Part shown: piece by piece, positions 47,433 to 57,984 of the stretch
Layout of the letters: each line of letters opens with the position of its first letter
Position numbering within the stretch: position 1 is the first letter of the stretch
From: a virus
Lineage: Duplodnaviria; Caudoviricetes
Virus record (IMG/VR): IMGVR_UViG_3300029288_003518
Coordinates: 32,001 to 96,000 of that record
Direction: 5' to 3' (one strand)
DNA length: 64,000 bases
Position numbers and translations under genes: made by a program
The notes under the pieces: generated by a model
Database searches by the model: none
Told to the model about the DNA's origin: nothing
Seen by the model: only the letters and a program-made list of their open reading frames with translations

Positions 47433-50400
47433 TATGCCCTCAACATATTAGAGTATCTATTCTGTAACTGATAGGAAGTAGCCCTATCCGAGTTGTCATT
47501 TATTTCCATATGAACACTACCTTTGGAGGTCCTAAGCGTATTACTAGCGTGCCTATTCATTACTTCAGATAGATTCCTGGGATCAACCCCAGTACTATCT
47601 GTAGTATGAACATCTATATTAGTCCTGTACCCCATTGGACCGGAATATTCGGGAGTTATATTAGCTCTATTCTGTACCGCCGGCCTACCGTTAAACATTC
47701 TTTCATCGTCGGTATTGGACCCATATGCTTCCCTGGGAACATCCTTTGGAGACATTATTCTTCTCCTACTGGAAAAAGCGGTGAGTGCTACAAGAGCAGC
47801 TGAAACACTTAGGGCCGCATAAAGCATGTTCTTCCCCTTAGGAAGCCTTCCCCCAAACACTTGCTCTGTTGCTTTTCCAGCCGTTAGATCTAAAGTTCTA
47901 GTCGCCCGGCTAAACTTCTGTCTCTGTACGGCTTTTGCGTGCCTTTCATAAGTTTTTTCTATCTTAGTAAAATATGTCTTAGCAATCGCCTCATCCACGG
48001 CCTGTCCAGTTTCTATGTCAACAAAAGCTTTTTGAGTCCTATCAAATTTATATTTTGCTATAAGCTTGTAATCCTCCCCCGTCTGATCATACATCTTCTT
48101 AAGCTTATCCTGAACATCAGCATTATACCTAAGCCTATATGCATCATCAAGATCCAAGAGACTATTTACCTCGGGCATACCACCTATGGCTTGTTCTACT
48201 GTCCCATATCTACTAGCATAGAATGGAGTTGCCGTAGGAGCCCATCCGACCCTATACTTACCCTTCCATTCAAATATTTTAGCATATGCCTTGGGTGGAA
48301 CTGTTTTCTTACTGGTTTCACCTATAAGCGTGCCAGCTGCGGTGTAAGCCTCATAACCGGCCTTCTTTTTGCTCTTTCTAAAGAAGATCTCAAGAACCTG
48401 CTCGGCCTGGGCTCTTACTGGTATCTCATTCTTAAGAGAAGAGAATAACATTGAGGATGACTCTGCTGTACCCTGGAGGTAGATCTGGCTAAGCTTATCA
48501 GCATCTTCCTCAACTATGGTTTGCCATTTACCATCTATTTTTACTTTAATAGTTGATCCCTTGCGAACAATGCCTAATATCTCTTCTATTTCTTCTCTCG
48601 ATTTTCCGGCAAGACTTAATTCCATTGCCTTAGCAGATGTCATGGATTTAGCAAATCCTTTTTTAAATTCTTCGCTATAACCAGTAAACACCTTCTCCTT
48701 GATAGCCTTGCCACTCTTACCCTTAGCCTCTATCCATTCAGTAATAAAAGCCTTATTGTAATAATCTTTAAGTTGGGATAGTCTTCTCTGGTGCCAGCTA
48801 GTATTCTCTATATAGGAAACAGTATCCCCAACGGTACTATATAAGTTTGTTTTGGCGGCCGCACTCTCGAGATTCTCGGCCCCAACTCCAGCACCCAGCT
48901 CTATTTCCGCCTGTCCAGTAAGTTGTTCCGCGGCTTGCAATAATTTTTCTCTTTCAGCCTCTGTCTTGCCAGTTAGTCCCTTTATGTCCCCCTCTATTGC
49001 TTCCATGGACCTGGTACCAGCAGCTACAGATTCCCCAACCAGATTAATATCCTCAGCAGGAGCACCTTCCGTAGCTTCCCTAATCATCCTCTCAAAAAAC
49101 ATTTCCTCATCTTCTACTTTGAGATTGGGTTTTCTTCTCCCGGGTTTTCCAATATTATACTCATACGGATTGACCTGAGTTGCTCTTTCAAGATCAACCC
49201 AACCCTTTCTTTCCCTCTTGGCTAGTTTTCTCTCCTTGGATATTTCACTTTCTAAGTATGTTCTGAATTTTGCTTTTGTTCCATATTGATTCAGGGCCGC
49301 AATATCCTCAGCAGGAGCAACAACCTTAATTTTAGACATTTGCTCTGGAGTAACAAGTTCTCCAGTACCAGCCATCCGGTAAGACTTTGTAACTCCAAAC
49401 ACATGTTCCATAAAACCGCGCTGTTGTTCCGGAGTTATATATGCACTCTTACCCGACGGCAACATACCGCTAAATAAAGCTCCAGGCTCTGAGGCAAAAG
49501 CTCCGAAAGAAACAATTCTGGAAGATGCTAACTTTGACATTCTCCCGGGTAAGTGACCGGTTATTTCAAACTCAGCCATCTTGGCAGCAAATACTTTCCT
49601 CAGATTCCCCTTTGGATACTTCCCACCCATAAGAAGATCGGCCTGTGATTCAGTAAAACCAAGATTCTCCATAATAAATTCCCTACGCATATTCCTTGGA
49701 GATACCTGTTCCCAGAATGGAATTCTTTTTTTAGCGAGAGCTAAAGTCTCAGGGCTATGAGCACCCATAAAAACAGATTCTTCTATGGCTCTATTTTTAT
49801 AGTAGTCCAAGAGCTCTTGTCTGCTCTCGGCATGCATCTTCTCTCTTAAATAATTTACATCAGCCTGCGCTCTCTCTGCCTCACCTTGAGATGTTTCCAG
49901 ACTAAAATCTATATCACCCAAATGACTCTTGGGCGTTCCTATGCCTCCATATGGTAACTCTCCGGCAGCAATCCTGGCCTTCCTATATTCCGACTGCATC
50001 TTATCAAATTTAATCTGTTGATTTAACCGATTTATGTCGGGTATATCGTGTAGCATCTTAAGTACATTTCCAATGCTAGAATCTCCAGATATTCTCTTGT
50101 CTCTAAAAACAGCAAGAGTAAGAATACTATCGGTTAATGATTGATGCAATCCTGTTGGCACTTTAATCCCGAGCATTTTTGCTACATCAGGTAGGGCATA
50201 GGATTTTAACCCAGGAATGGACTTCTTAGCCAACTGCATAACATCTATGATCTGGTGCTGTTGCTGCAGCGTCGGAGACCAACCAATTCTTTCCTGCAAG
50301 AATGGTAAATCAAATTTCTTTAGATTATACCCAAGTAATAGCCCCTTGCTTTCCGGACCAAATAATCCCGATAATTTCTGCTGAACCTCTTTAACAGAGG

Positions 50401-50719
50401 CTAACTTACCAGTATATCCCGGGAAGGGGGTTCCAATACCGTGTAATGAAGTATAGGCTTCACTCTTTTTATATGCCTCCAGCCATTCCTTATTTATCTT
50501 AACACCCTGTCCGGCTGGGTTAACTAATGTCTCAAACTTATTTATTGTCTTGCCGGTTACCCCAACTCCGCCAATCTGTAATACAACTCCCTTATGCGTA
50601 GCTCCGCTCTCAAGAATATCTTCCATCCATCCCGATGTCTCAACATCAAGGACAGATAATGGAGTTCTTTTGAGCAGTGCTTGTATAAGTTTATTTGTAT
50701 TCGCCGGAGCTTTAGGCAT
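47432..50719 (-). CDS. 1095-aa tape-measure-region protein with an N-terminal DEDDh (DnaQ-like) 3'-5' exonuclease domain
   Basis: ExoI VLDVETSG, ExoII GYNLKKFDLPFL and ExoIII LHQSLTD. The rest is helical and charged with one TM-like helix near the C-terminus. Confidence 0.75.
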   Translation of the reverse strand: MPKAPANTNKLIQALLKRTPLSVLDVETSGWMEDILESGATHKGVVLQIGGVGVTGKTINKFETLVNPAGQGVKINKEWLEAYKKSEAYTSLHGIGTPFPGYTGKLASVKEVQQKLSGLFGPESKGLLLGYNLKKFDLPFLQERIGWSPTLQQQHQIIDVMQLAKKSIPGLKSYALPDVAKMLGIKVPTGLHQSLTDSILTLAVFRDKRISGDSSIGNVLKMLHDIPDINRLNQQIKFDKMQSEYRKARIAAGELPYGGIGTPKSHLGDIDFSLETSQGEAERAQADVNYLREKMHAESRQELLDYYKNRAIEESVFMGAHSPETLALAKKRIPFWEQVSPRNMRREFIMENLGFTESQADLLMGGKYPKGNLRKVFAAKMAEFEITGHLPGRMSKLASSRIVSFGAFASEPGALFSGMLPSGKSAYITPEQQRGFMEHVFGVTKSYRMAGTGELVTPEQMSKIKVVAPAEDIAALNQYGTKAKFRTYLESEISKERKLAKRERKGWVDLERATQVNPYEYNIGKPGRRKPNLKVEDEEMFFERMIREATEGAPAEDINLVGESVAAGTRSMEAIEGDIKGLTGKTEAEREKLLQAAEQLTGQAEIELGAGVGAENLESAAAKTNLYSTVGDTVSYIENTSWHQRRLSQLKDYYNKAFITEWIEAKGKSGKAIKEKVFTGYSEEFKKGFAKSMTSAKAMELSLAGKSREEIEEILGIVRKGSTIKVKIDGKWQTIVEEDADKLSQIYLQGTAESSSMLFSSLKNEIPVRAQAEQVLEIFFRKSKKKAGYEAYTAAGTLIGETSKKTVPPKAYAKIFEWKGKYRVGWAPTATPFYASRYGTVEQAIGGMPEVNSLLDLDDAYRLRYNADVQDKLKKMYDQTGEDYKLIAKYKFDRTQKAFVDIETGQAVDEAIAKTYFTKIEKTYERHAKAVQRQKFSRATRTLDLTAGKATEQVFGGRLPKGKNMLYAALSVSAALVALTAFSSRRRIMSPKDVPREAYGSNTDDERMFNGRPAVQNRANITPEYSGPMGYRTNIDVHTTDSTGVDPRNLSEVMNRHASNTLRTSKGSVHMEINDNSDRATSYQLQNRYSNMLRA

Positions 50720-50720
50720 T

Positions 50721-53700
50721 TTACCTCATCACTAGGCTGTGTTTCATGGCTCGATTATGCTCTTCAGTCCTATCCCTATTCATATTGATCTTAATACTAT
50801 AGGAATCCTCCGCGGCTGGAGTCCTGGAGACATAAACCCTGTTATTACTCATTCCGAACCTCTCCATGTTTGAGACCATTGTATTCTGCAACATTGTAAG
50901 ATCATTACTTGGGGCATTAATATTATCAATTACGGGAGTAAAAGGCTGTCTAGCTAGTTGCCTCTCATTGCTCTCCCACAAATTAAATTTATGTATATCG
51001 AAAGCTTCATTCTTGACTACCCTCAATTTTACCTGATCAAGACTAACATCCGGATGCCACCCCAACCATTCAGGAGGAGGTAGCTGATGATGCCTAAAAT
51101 ACTCTGTCATATCCCGAGATTTCTGATAATCTACGTCATATGAAGGGCCTATTCCATTTTTGGCATCCTGCTGGTTCCATGCTGTCATATAATAATTACG
51201 CATGTATGAGGGAACCATATTCATTATCCTGGTGCGTCTTTCACCGGATGCACCAGAAAAATCAGGGAAGAAAGGTCTCTCTTCTTTTGGCATAGCATAT
51301 ATGGCTGTCTCTGGAATATAAGAACCAGCGGCCATCGTATTCCTTGACATCCTACCCAGTTTCTGAGCTAGTTCTGCATTACCCTGATCTCTTGCTATCT
51401 GTGACAGATTAGAATACTTTATATATTTAAGTTTATCAAAATATTCCTGTATTTCCCGGCGCCTTTTAACAGCATCGGGAATATATCCGGGGTCAAACAT
51501 GCTTCTAACTTTACTCATAAATGGATTAACAAAACCGGCCATTGGTTGATCCCACATTGCGTATTCTGAGCCATACAATCTAAAATCCTTATAAACACTC
51601 TCTGGAGTTTTATAGGGTAACCATTTATTAATATGTGCAGGAACCGGACCAACTGCCACCTTATGGGGAAGCATATCTAGTGGATTAGGAAAATTCGTTA
51701 TAGCCGCTAATGAATGCCTATATATACTACTTGCTGGCTTTAGTAAGAATGGAACGCCCTCTGTGCTTGTGCTAAGAAACTCATATTCTTGGTTAAGAGC
51801 ATTCCTCTGAGCTAATGTTTTTTCGACTTTCCTAGCCCAATATTCATCGTCCTTGACCATGGCCTTAGCTAAATATTGATACTCCTTAAACTCATTAGAA
51901 TAAGGAGCCACATTAGCTAATATCATAAATCTATCTACAGCATCATATACTCCAGGAATTCCAGAGTGCATCCTGTTGAGAGCTTCATATCCCGGTCCAG
52001 GCAATCTCGATTCGCCCAGTGGAACCTTTACATAAGGATCCCCTTGTCTAAAGTTAATGAAATAATCTTCCCCCGGTAACCAGCTTGGCATGGTGTTGGG
52101 GATTGGGTTGTATTCTTCCGCTCCAGTTCTGCGATGCGGTAAGAACCTTCTAAAGTATTCAGTGAGGCCTTCATCTAGTCCGGCACCAGGATCTCCAAGT
52201 TCCTTCTCCCAATAAGATCTTTCATAACCAGTAGCTCTTCTTGCTGTTTGAAGAACAGACTGACTACCCATAAAGTCCTGCTGTCCGGTTAATTTCTCAT
52301 ATATAGTATTGGCAGCAAAACCGATAAGACCCATCTGCTCGGTTTGGGTATATGCTCCCATACCTAATTGATATTTTAAGCTATAAGGACTCTGGGCTGA
52401 GCTTACCCCCATACCTGGGATATTCTTAAATCCCATCGATTGACCAGCAAACGCCGGAACCCCTTTTTCCCTACTAGAAGCATTCTCCTGGTCCCCCCCC
52501 AAGTATTCCTGATGCATATAGGTAGAAGGTTTGAGAATACGCCCTATAGTGAGGTTTGCGAGCCAAGAGAAGGGCATTGTAGGCTCGAAAAGCTCTCCAG
52601 TGACCGGATATGGCCTGTTATAGTAATTCTTCCTCTCCCAGTAGTATGGATCCCACATTTTACCAGTAAGAAGGGGGGCTAAAATAGGGCTAACCGGTGT
52701 CCCCTGGGCCCAGTATTCAGTCTCTGAATCCCATAAACCACCACGGTATTGATACCGGCTTCTTAGCAAAGGATACCAATGTTTCTTCCAATAAGATATC
52801 TTTCCCCCAAAGAAAGGAGTCTTTCCCATCAACCAGAACCTTCCTTTTTTCATGGGTATTTCTTGCTCACCGGAAAATATTCTATGTAGTTCTTCTGGAC
52901 TCTGAGTTATGTCTCCCCAAGATATAAGGGCTGATGCTAATCCTAGAGCCAACCCCATGGCATATCCTTTAGGGCCACCTTTTTTAGCCAGCATACTGGC
53001 CATCACAAAAGGAGTTCCCAATCTTAGGGCATATGACAGTGGACTCTTTATTAAACCCGGGAACGCTTGTTCCGCAGTTCTGGCAGCATTAACTATACCC
53101 AGGTGCTGTAAAACATTCTGTTGGAATTCTCGCGCATTAACATAGGCACTAGCGGCTACATCAGTTGGCCCCCACCCTACTACTTGGCGAGAAAGATAGT
53201 TTATGAACTTATATGTATATATAGCTCCCATCCCCAGGCCGACAATCTTCATTGTCTTCCCTAGATTACGTATCCATACATCTGAATACGAACCTGGAGC
53301 CGAACCAAATAGATTCCTAACAAATTCCGTAGCTACATTCCCTTTACCTGACACCCCCAAACCAAAAGCTTTCTCCCCAACCTTATGGAATGTTCCCCCG
53401 GAGATCATAGAAATCCATCTCTTAGTGGTATCACCTGGACCAGATATATACCACGGACCCTCACTACCTCCCCAGTTTGATCCTAGGGTTTTACCAGTTA
53501 CGTTATACCTTCTAGGAGTTACTGGGAGAGTTTCACCAGATATGGGATGCTTAAAATTCCAATCCCCCTTTCCTCTTATGTGCCTCTCTAACTGCTGTGG
53601 TGCACCACCACCATAAGAAGCAAACTCTTCTGAATATCCAACTTTTCTACCAAATTGGAATATTTTGAATCTTGCTTGGGCGGACTTAGTCTGAGCAGCC

Positions 53701-54779
53701 TTAGCTGAGATAATCTTTCTAGTCTTAGCTGATTCCTCTAACAGCAACCTTCTAAAAGTTAGGTTTTGCCTAGGATGGGGTTCATAGGTAGATACCTTCT
53801 TGGTCATAAAGGCTTCCAGTGTAGGAATTCGTTCTTGCGTTCTACTTACCGGATTTTTCCACCACTCAGAGCCTGTCCCTTGTAATTTTTCATGTTCAAG
53901 AGCTGCCATACCCTCAAGTTCTTTGGAAGTCATCCCGGGCTTCATACCGGTACTAGGAAAGAACCTGGCAAGATATTCCCTCTTTATAAATTCCCTTCTT
54001 TCGACCTCATAGACCGATTTGGGATCTAATTCTATTTTCCGTACATATTCCTCTGTAGTCCTTGGATTGAGGGGTTTAATTACACCCCTTCTCATTCTCT
54101 CAATATTAGCTCCCCAAGCATTAGTAACACTAGCGTGCATTCCTTTTATCGCAAAGCCAGAGAAATTTCCGCTAGACAATGCATCCTTGGGATCTTTTAG
54201 AAAGTGTAGTTTATCTCCTATTAATATACCACCATGCTTACCAACTTTAGCTGGGACACCGGGCCTGCCCACAACTCCTAGACTAGTTCCACCCCTAAAC
54301 GGGACTACAGAAGGGCCATATAATAGTTGCCTCAATATGCTGGGTTCTTTTATCCCTAACGTACTCCAGGCAGGGAATACTGACTTGGGATACTTAAGAT
54401 GTTTCTCTAAGAAGTTCTGTGCTATATGATATTGTTCTTCTGCGCTGGGAAGTGGTTTAAAGATATCCCTGATGGTATCCATCATACCGGTACCGGCATC
54501 TTCGAATTTATCCAGGGTTGCTTCCCTTATAGTTTTAACATTACGAGAAGTAGTTAGCCTGGCATCAGAAGCAAGATACTTTTCAAACCTGGTTGATTTC
54601 CCTAGCCCCGCTCTTAGTATATCCCTTGATACACCTCTAGTAAGAGCAAGTTTCTTCCTAGCGGCAATAAAAGCAACTATACCGGCTACGGAAACTACAG
54701 CTCCCATAATGTCGGATTGCTTTTCTTGATTACTCCTGGTATCTTCGTAAGGACTAAAGGAAAAATCTTTAAAGGCCAT
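50721..54779 (-). CDS. Tape-measure-like / large virion protein (1352 aa)
   Basis: First large gene after the tail chaperones; several hydrophobic helices. No classical TMP repeats were recognised. Confidence 0.55.
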   Translation of the reverse strand: MAFKDFSFSPYEDTRSNQEKQSDIMGAVVSVAGIVAFIAARKKLALTRGVSRDILRAGLGKSTRFEKYLASDARLTTSRNVKTIREATLDKFEDAGTGMMDTIRDIFKPLPSAEEQYHIAQNFLEKHLKYPKSVFPAWSTLGIKEPSILRQLLYGPSVVPFRGGTSLGVVGRPGVPAKVGKHGGILIGDKLHFLKDPKDALSSGNFSGFAIKGMHASVTNAWGANIERMRRGVIKPLNPRTTEEYVRKIELDPKSVYEVERREFIKREYLARFFPSTGMKPGMTSKELEGMAALEHEKLQGTGSEWWKNPVSRTQERIPTLEAFMTKKVSTYEPHPRQNLTFRRLLLEESAKTRKIISAKAAQTKSAQARFKIFQFGRKVGYSEEFASYGGGAPQQLERHIRGKGDWNFKHPISGETLPVTPRRYNVTGKTLGSNWGGSEGPWYISGPGDTTKRWISMISGGTFHKVGEKAFGLGVSGKGNVATEFVRNLFGSAPGSYSDVWIRNLGKTMKIVGLGMGAIYTYKFINYLSRQVVGWGPTDVAASAYVNAREFQQNVLQHLGIVNAARTAEQAFPGLIKSPLSYALRLGTPFVMASMLAKKGGPKGYAMGLALGLASALISWGDITQSPEELHRIFSGEQEIPMKKGRFWLMGKTPFFGGKISYWKKHWYPLLRSRYQYRGGLWDSETEYWAQGTPVSPILAPLLTGKMWDPYYWERKNYYNRPYPVTGELFEPTMPFSWLANLTIGRILKPSTYMHQEYLGGDQENASSREKGVPAFAGQSMGFKNIPGMGVSSAQSPYSLKYQLGMGAYTQTEQMGLIGFAANTIYEKLTGQQDFMGSQSVLQTARRATGYERSYWEKELGDPGAGLDEGLTEYFRRFLPHRRTGAEEYNPIPNTMPSWLPGEDYFINFRQGDPYVKVPLGESRLPGPGYEALNRMHSGIPGVYDAVDRFMILANVAPYSNEFKEYQYLAKAMVKDDEYWARKVEKTLAQRNALNQEYEFLSTSTEGVPFLLKPASSIYRHSLAAITNFPNPLDMLPHKVAVGPVPAHINKWLPYKTPESVYKDFRLYGSEYAMWDQPMAGFVNPFMSKVRSMFDPGYIPDAVKRRREIQEYFDKLKYIKYSNLSQIARDQGNAELAQKLGRMSRNTMAAGSYIPETAIYAMPKEERPFFPDFSGASGERRTRIMNMVPSYMRNYYMTAWNQQDAKNGIGPSYDVDYQKSRDMTEYFRHHQLPPPEWLGWHPDVSLDQVKLRVVKNEAFDIHKFNLWESNERQLARQPFTPVIDNINAPSNDLTMLQNTMVSNMERFGMSNNRVYVSRTPAAEDSYSIKINMNRDRTEEHNRAMKHSLVMR

Positions 54780-54827
54780 GTGCTCTCCAAAAAAATAGGA
54801 GACAACGGGGGTTACCCATCATCTCCT

Positions 54828-55442
54828 CTATTTTTTGACATTAGGTTTACCGGTAAACGCGGATTGTATAAATCCTTGTTCCCTATTGTCTTTTTCGAAG
54901 TCTATTGTCTTTGTATTGGTTTCTGTCTTGGATATCTCTAGTTTTGTTCCGAGTAATTCCTCTGCTAGAGATATATAATGTAATGTTGTTGGATAATCGA
55001 AATTGTCTATATCAGTTGGGGTAATATGAGGAAATGCTTTACATATAACTAAAACTATCTGATTATCTAATAGCTGAATTTTTAGTCTCTCCTTATCAAG
55101 ATCAGCCTTAATATTCTCAATATCAGAAAACCCAGATAAAGACAAAATCTTATCTACAAGAGTTGTGACCTCCCCTGCCAATAAGTTACCACGCTGTTCC
55201 CGGCTGAAAGTCGGATACAGAATGCACTTATCAAGCAAAATATCTTCCGCCTCGCTACTTATATGGAACTGCACAAAGTACAGAGCGAGATATTCACCCT
55301 TGGTTAATAGTCTAAAGACGTATTCGTGATTTCCAATCTTTAGATAGTATATGCTTGCATACTTTCGCTTCCATTCAAGTATATCCGCGGAGAATCTTTT
55401 TAATTCTTCCGAGATCGTAAGATTCTCAACTTTTTCTTCCAT
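54828..55442 (-). CDS. Tail assembly chaperone, paralogue 2
   Basis: EWKRKYASIY...YVFRLL..EY...AGEVTTLV.KI..LSGF parallels the upstream gene. Confidence 0.7.
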   Translation of the reverse strand: MEEKVENLTISEELKRFSADILEWKRKYASIYYLKIGNHEYVFRLLTKGEYLALYFVQFHISSEAEDILLDKCILYPTFSREQRGNLLAGEVTTLVDKILSLSGFSDIENIKADLDKERLKIQLLDNQIVLVICKAFPHITPTDIDNFDYPTTLHYISLAEELLGTKLEISKTETNTKTIDFEKDNREQGFIQSAFTGKPNVKK

Positions 55443-55444
55443 TT

Positions 55445-55768
55445 TTAGAGCTTTACTGGTTCTTCTGTTATTCCAAAGTTAGAGGCCGCCATAATAAGCT
55501 CTACAAGGGTTGAAATTGTTCCAGCTTTTAACGTAGGCAACTTAGCTACATCAATAACCGGAAAGACCACGCACATTTGAACAATCTTCTCTTCATTAAA
55601 TGCCCGAGTAGATTCAGGGTTAGCCATAATAGTCTTATATTCAAACCTTTTAATTGGCCGGTAGAGATATTGCTCTTCACCAAGTGTTATTAAATAAACC
55701 TCACCATGTTTCACTTTCCATTCCTCGATCTGTTCTTGTGTAACTCCCTTCACTGCACTTTCTGCCAT
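55445..55768 (-). CDS. Tail assembly chaperone
   Basis: VTQEQIEEWKVKHGEVY is a typical chaperone N-terminus; located after the tube genes. Confidence 0.75.
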   Translation of the reverse strand: MAESAVKGVTQEQIEEWKVKHGEVYLITLGEEQYLYRPIKRFEYKTIMANPESTRAFNEEKIVQMCVVFPVIDVAKLPTLKAGTISTLVELIMAASNFGITEEPVKL

Positions 55769-55779
55769 TTCTATCTCCT

Positions 55780-56523
55780 TTATCTTGATGTTCCAATAAA
55801 CTCGTCCGTATTTCTAGCTATAAAGCTATAGTGCTCTTGAATGGGCTGTCCGCCCACCTGTATCATTTGTGATTCTCCCATAAGATGAACACCAACCAGG
55901 GTTTTCGTGGTGGATTGCATATGATCACTTAGGGTGGTTGTCTGGTTCTGTGATGGATTACCATAAGATATCATTATATTAAAACCATCAGGAATATCTA
56001 ATGACTGCTTTACATCCGGAGGTTCCAGGGTAGACGAACTAGCACTTTCTTCTCCCCATATAGAATCTTCATATACTTTTGCAAGACTATAGAAATCCTG
56101 GCTGTTACCTAATTCCTGTATCTCTGCTACCGAGCTTGGGCCAAAAGTACCGTTCTTAAGGTGGGCCGCTATGAGATCCTTGATTACTGGCCACTTAGTC
56201 TGGTCAAACTGCTGTTTACCGGTAGGATCATCAGCTGCTAGGGTCTTATATAGACTACTAATGTTGTCTAATACCGCGGCTAAGTATCCCTGCTGTCTGA
56301 AGTTTATAGTAAAAGAACCCTGGATTATGACCGTTCCCTTGGCTACTGAATCAAATAGTTGAGAAGCATACCCATAAATAGGCATCTTACCCTGGGTCCT
56401 AACCCATTGGATTGAATTAATATCGTCAATAAGAATGTTCCCCAGCCAGATAGTTATCTGCGATCCGGAGTAAAAGTCAAACTTATTGATAAATAATTCC
56501 TGATTCTGGGTAGTTGTACTCAT
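55780..56523 (-). CDS. Tail tube-like protein (tube initiator paralogue)
   Basis: FYSGSQI...KMPIYGYAS...VAKGTVIIQGSFTINF...FNIMISYG...YSFIAR. Confidence 0.75.
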   Translation of the reverse strand: MSTTTQNQELFINKFDFYSGSQITIWLGNILIDDINSIQWVRTQGKMPIYGYASQLFDSVAKGTVIIQGSFTINFRQQGYLAAVLDNISSLYKTLAADDPTGKQQFDQTKWPVIKDLIAAHLKNGTFGPSSVAEIQELGNSQDFYSLAKVYEDSIWGEESASSSTLEPPDVKQSLDIPDGFNIMISYGNPSQNQTTTLSDHMQSTTKTLVGVHLMGESQMIQVGGQPIQEHYSFIARNTDEFIGTSR

Positions 56524-57296
56524 TATTGTAATGTACTCCCATGAGAAGACATTCTTTTCTTGGCCTCGGCAATAAGAATATCGGTTCCAGTCCTGAGGCC
56601 GGGCAATGTCTTGCTTTTCCTGAAAGGAGGCCCTTTATGTAACATATCAATATCCGCTGCCACAAAAGAATTAGTCTGTTCAGTAATCATATCATCTATA
56701 CTAAAGGTAGACCCTTCATTAACGACTCTTACCCCATATATACCCATGGTAGCCACATCGCCATATTCATTATTGAATGTTATAATAATATTAAATGGAG
56801 GTATCTGGTCTATTAATATGGTTGTTGGATCATAATTATCTACATAGGAGTATTTAAGAGCCTCAGCTAACACATATTGATCCAGGACTGTCCACACAAG
56901 AGTACCGGCCACTGTTCTTGGCCCGCGGGTATAAGCATCCGCATAAGTCTTACCTAGGCTCCTTACTGGATCAACCTCTCTAAAAGTACTGTAACTAATA
57001 GTTTGGAGATTCCCCAATATACCAACAACAGGTTCAGTCTCTGAATTAGGTCCAGCTATTTCATCCCCGCCTATTTTCTGCGGAGGAATATGTATATAAG
57101 CTATAATGTCTGCTCCCGAGAATGAATTAAAGAATCCATACGCATTGCTATAGTAGCTCTGTGTACCTTCTTGGGCCCTTCTCCGGGCTATTTTTTCATT
57201 CTCAGTCTGATTTTGGGAGTATCCCTTATCACCCAAGGGCCACCAGTAGGGTGTAGTAATAAGGCTCCCCGCTGAAAGATCATCAAATAATCCCAT
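56523..57296 (-). CDS. Tail tube-like protein (paralogue)
   Basis: SFSGADI...LQTISYS...RGPRTVAGTLVWTV...DQIPPFNI...NEGSTFSIDD..TEQ, clearly homologous to the adjacent tube gene. Confidence 0.8.
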   Translation of the reverse strand: MGLFDDLSAGSLITTPYWWPLGDKGYSQNQTENEKIARRRAQEGTQSYYSNAYGFFNSFSGADIIAYIHIPPQKIGGDEIAGPNSETEPVVGILGNLQTISYSTFREVDPVRSLGKTYADAYTRGPRTVAGTLVWTVLDQYVLAEALKYSYVDNYDPTTILIDQIPPFNIIITFNNEYGDVATMGIYGVRVVNEGSTFSIDDMITEQTNSFVAADIDMLHKGPPFRKSKTLPGLRTGTDILIAEAKKRMSSHGSTLQ

Positions 57297-57311
57297 AAAT
57301 TCTCCTTTTGG

Positions 57312-57343
57312 AATGGGGCCATAGAGTTAACTACGACCCCATT
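57312..57343 (-). other. Stable RNA hairpin after the tail tube gene (no U-tract)
   Basis: Minus strand AATGGGGTCGTAG-TTAACT-CTATGGCCCCATT pairs fully using G.U wobbles only on the coding strand. Confidence 0.6.
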
Positions 57344-57354
57344 ATTTGTATCTA

Positions 57355-57963
57355 TTAAACTCCGCCTGCTCCCGCCCATGTTTTCGTAGAAGAAACATCT
57401 GAGTACGATGCTTTCCACGGGTTAATTTCCCTGGCAACAAATGTCATAGACTGTTCAGTAACTATATCATCTATAGACATACCAGAACCTTCATTCAAAA
57501 TCTCAACACCCCTGATAGACATCTGAGCTACCTGGCCGTATTCATTGGCCGCGGTAAGAACGATATCAAACGGAGGTATTTGATCAGGGTACCAAGAGGG
57601 TTGCCAAGAATTGTCAGTATTCACATCCTGCCAAACCTGAGCACCTTTAACTTCTTCGGTACTATGTTTTTGAACGTCGGTATCATGTGCAAAGAACCAA
57701 CCGGACTTGTCTTCCATAGTCTTAAATGACTCTAACAGAGCACTTCGGTCAAATACTGTGAACACGAGAGTACCAGCAATTCCTCTCTTACCCCTAGAAA
57801 AGGAGCGAGGATCAGCTGACCCCATCGTATAGATGGGAGCTTTCTCTCTCGTCACAGAATAAGACACGCCCTGTAGTTCACCAATAACCTTCCCGCCAAA
57901 CGTAGCTTTGATATCTACGCCGGAGAAAGAATTATAACTCCTGGTATATTCGCTGACTGGCAT
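57355..57963 (-). CDS. Major tail tube protein
   Basis: Directly after the sheath; SFSGVDI...LQGVSYSVTREKAPIYTMG...RGKRGIAGTLVF...PDQIPPFDI...EQSMTFVAR. Confidence 0.85.
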   Translation of the reverse strand: MPVSEYTRSYNSFSGVDIKATFGGKVIGELQGVSYSVTREKAPIYTMGSADPRSFSRGKRGIAGTLVFTVFDRSALLESFKTMEDKSGWFFAHDTDVQKHSTEEVKGAQVWQDVNTDNSWQPSWYPDQIPPFDIVLTAANEYGQVAQMSIRGVEILNEGSGMSIDDIVTEQSMTFVAREINPWKASYSDVSSTKTWAGAGGV

Positions 57964-57984
57964 GTTTTTACTCCTTCGTTAGGA

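Noticed and set aside
54788-54836. Intrinsic terminator before the tape-measure-like gene
   Set aside because: The stem is imperfect and overlaps the stop codon. It is plausible but too weak to call.
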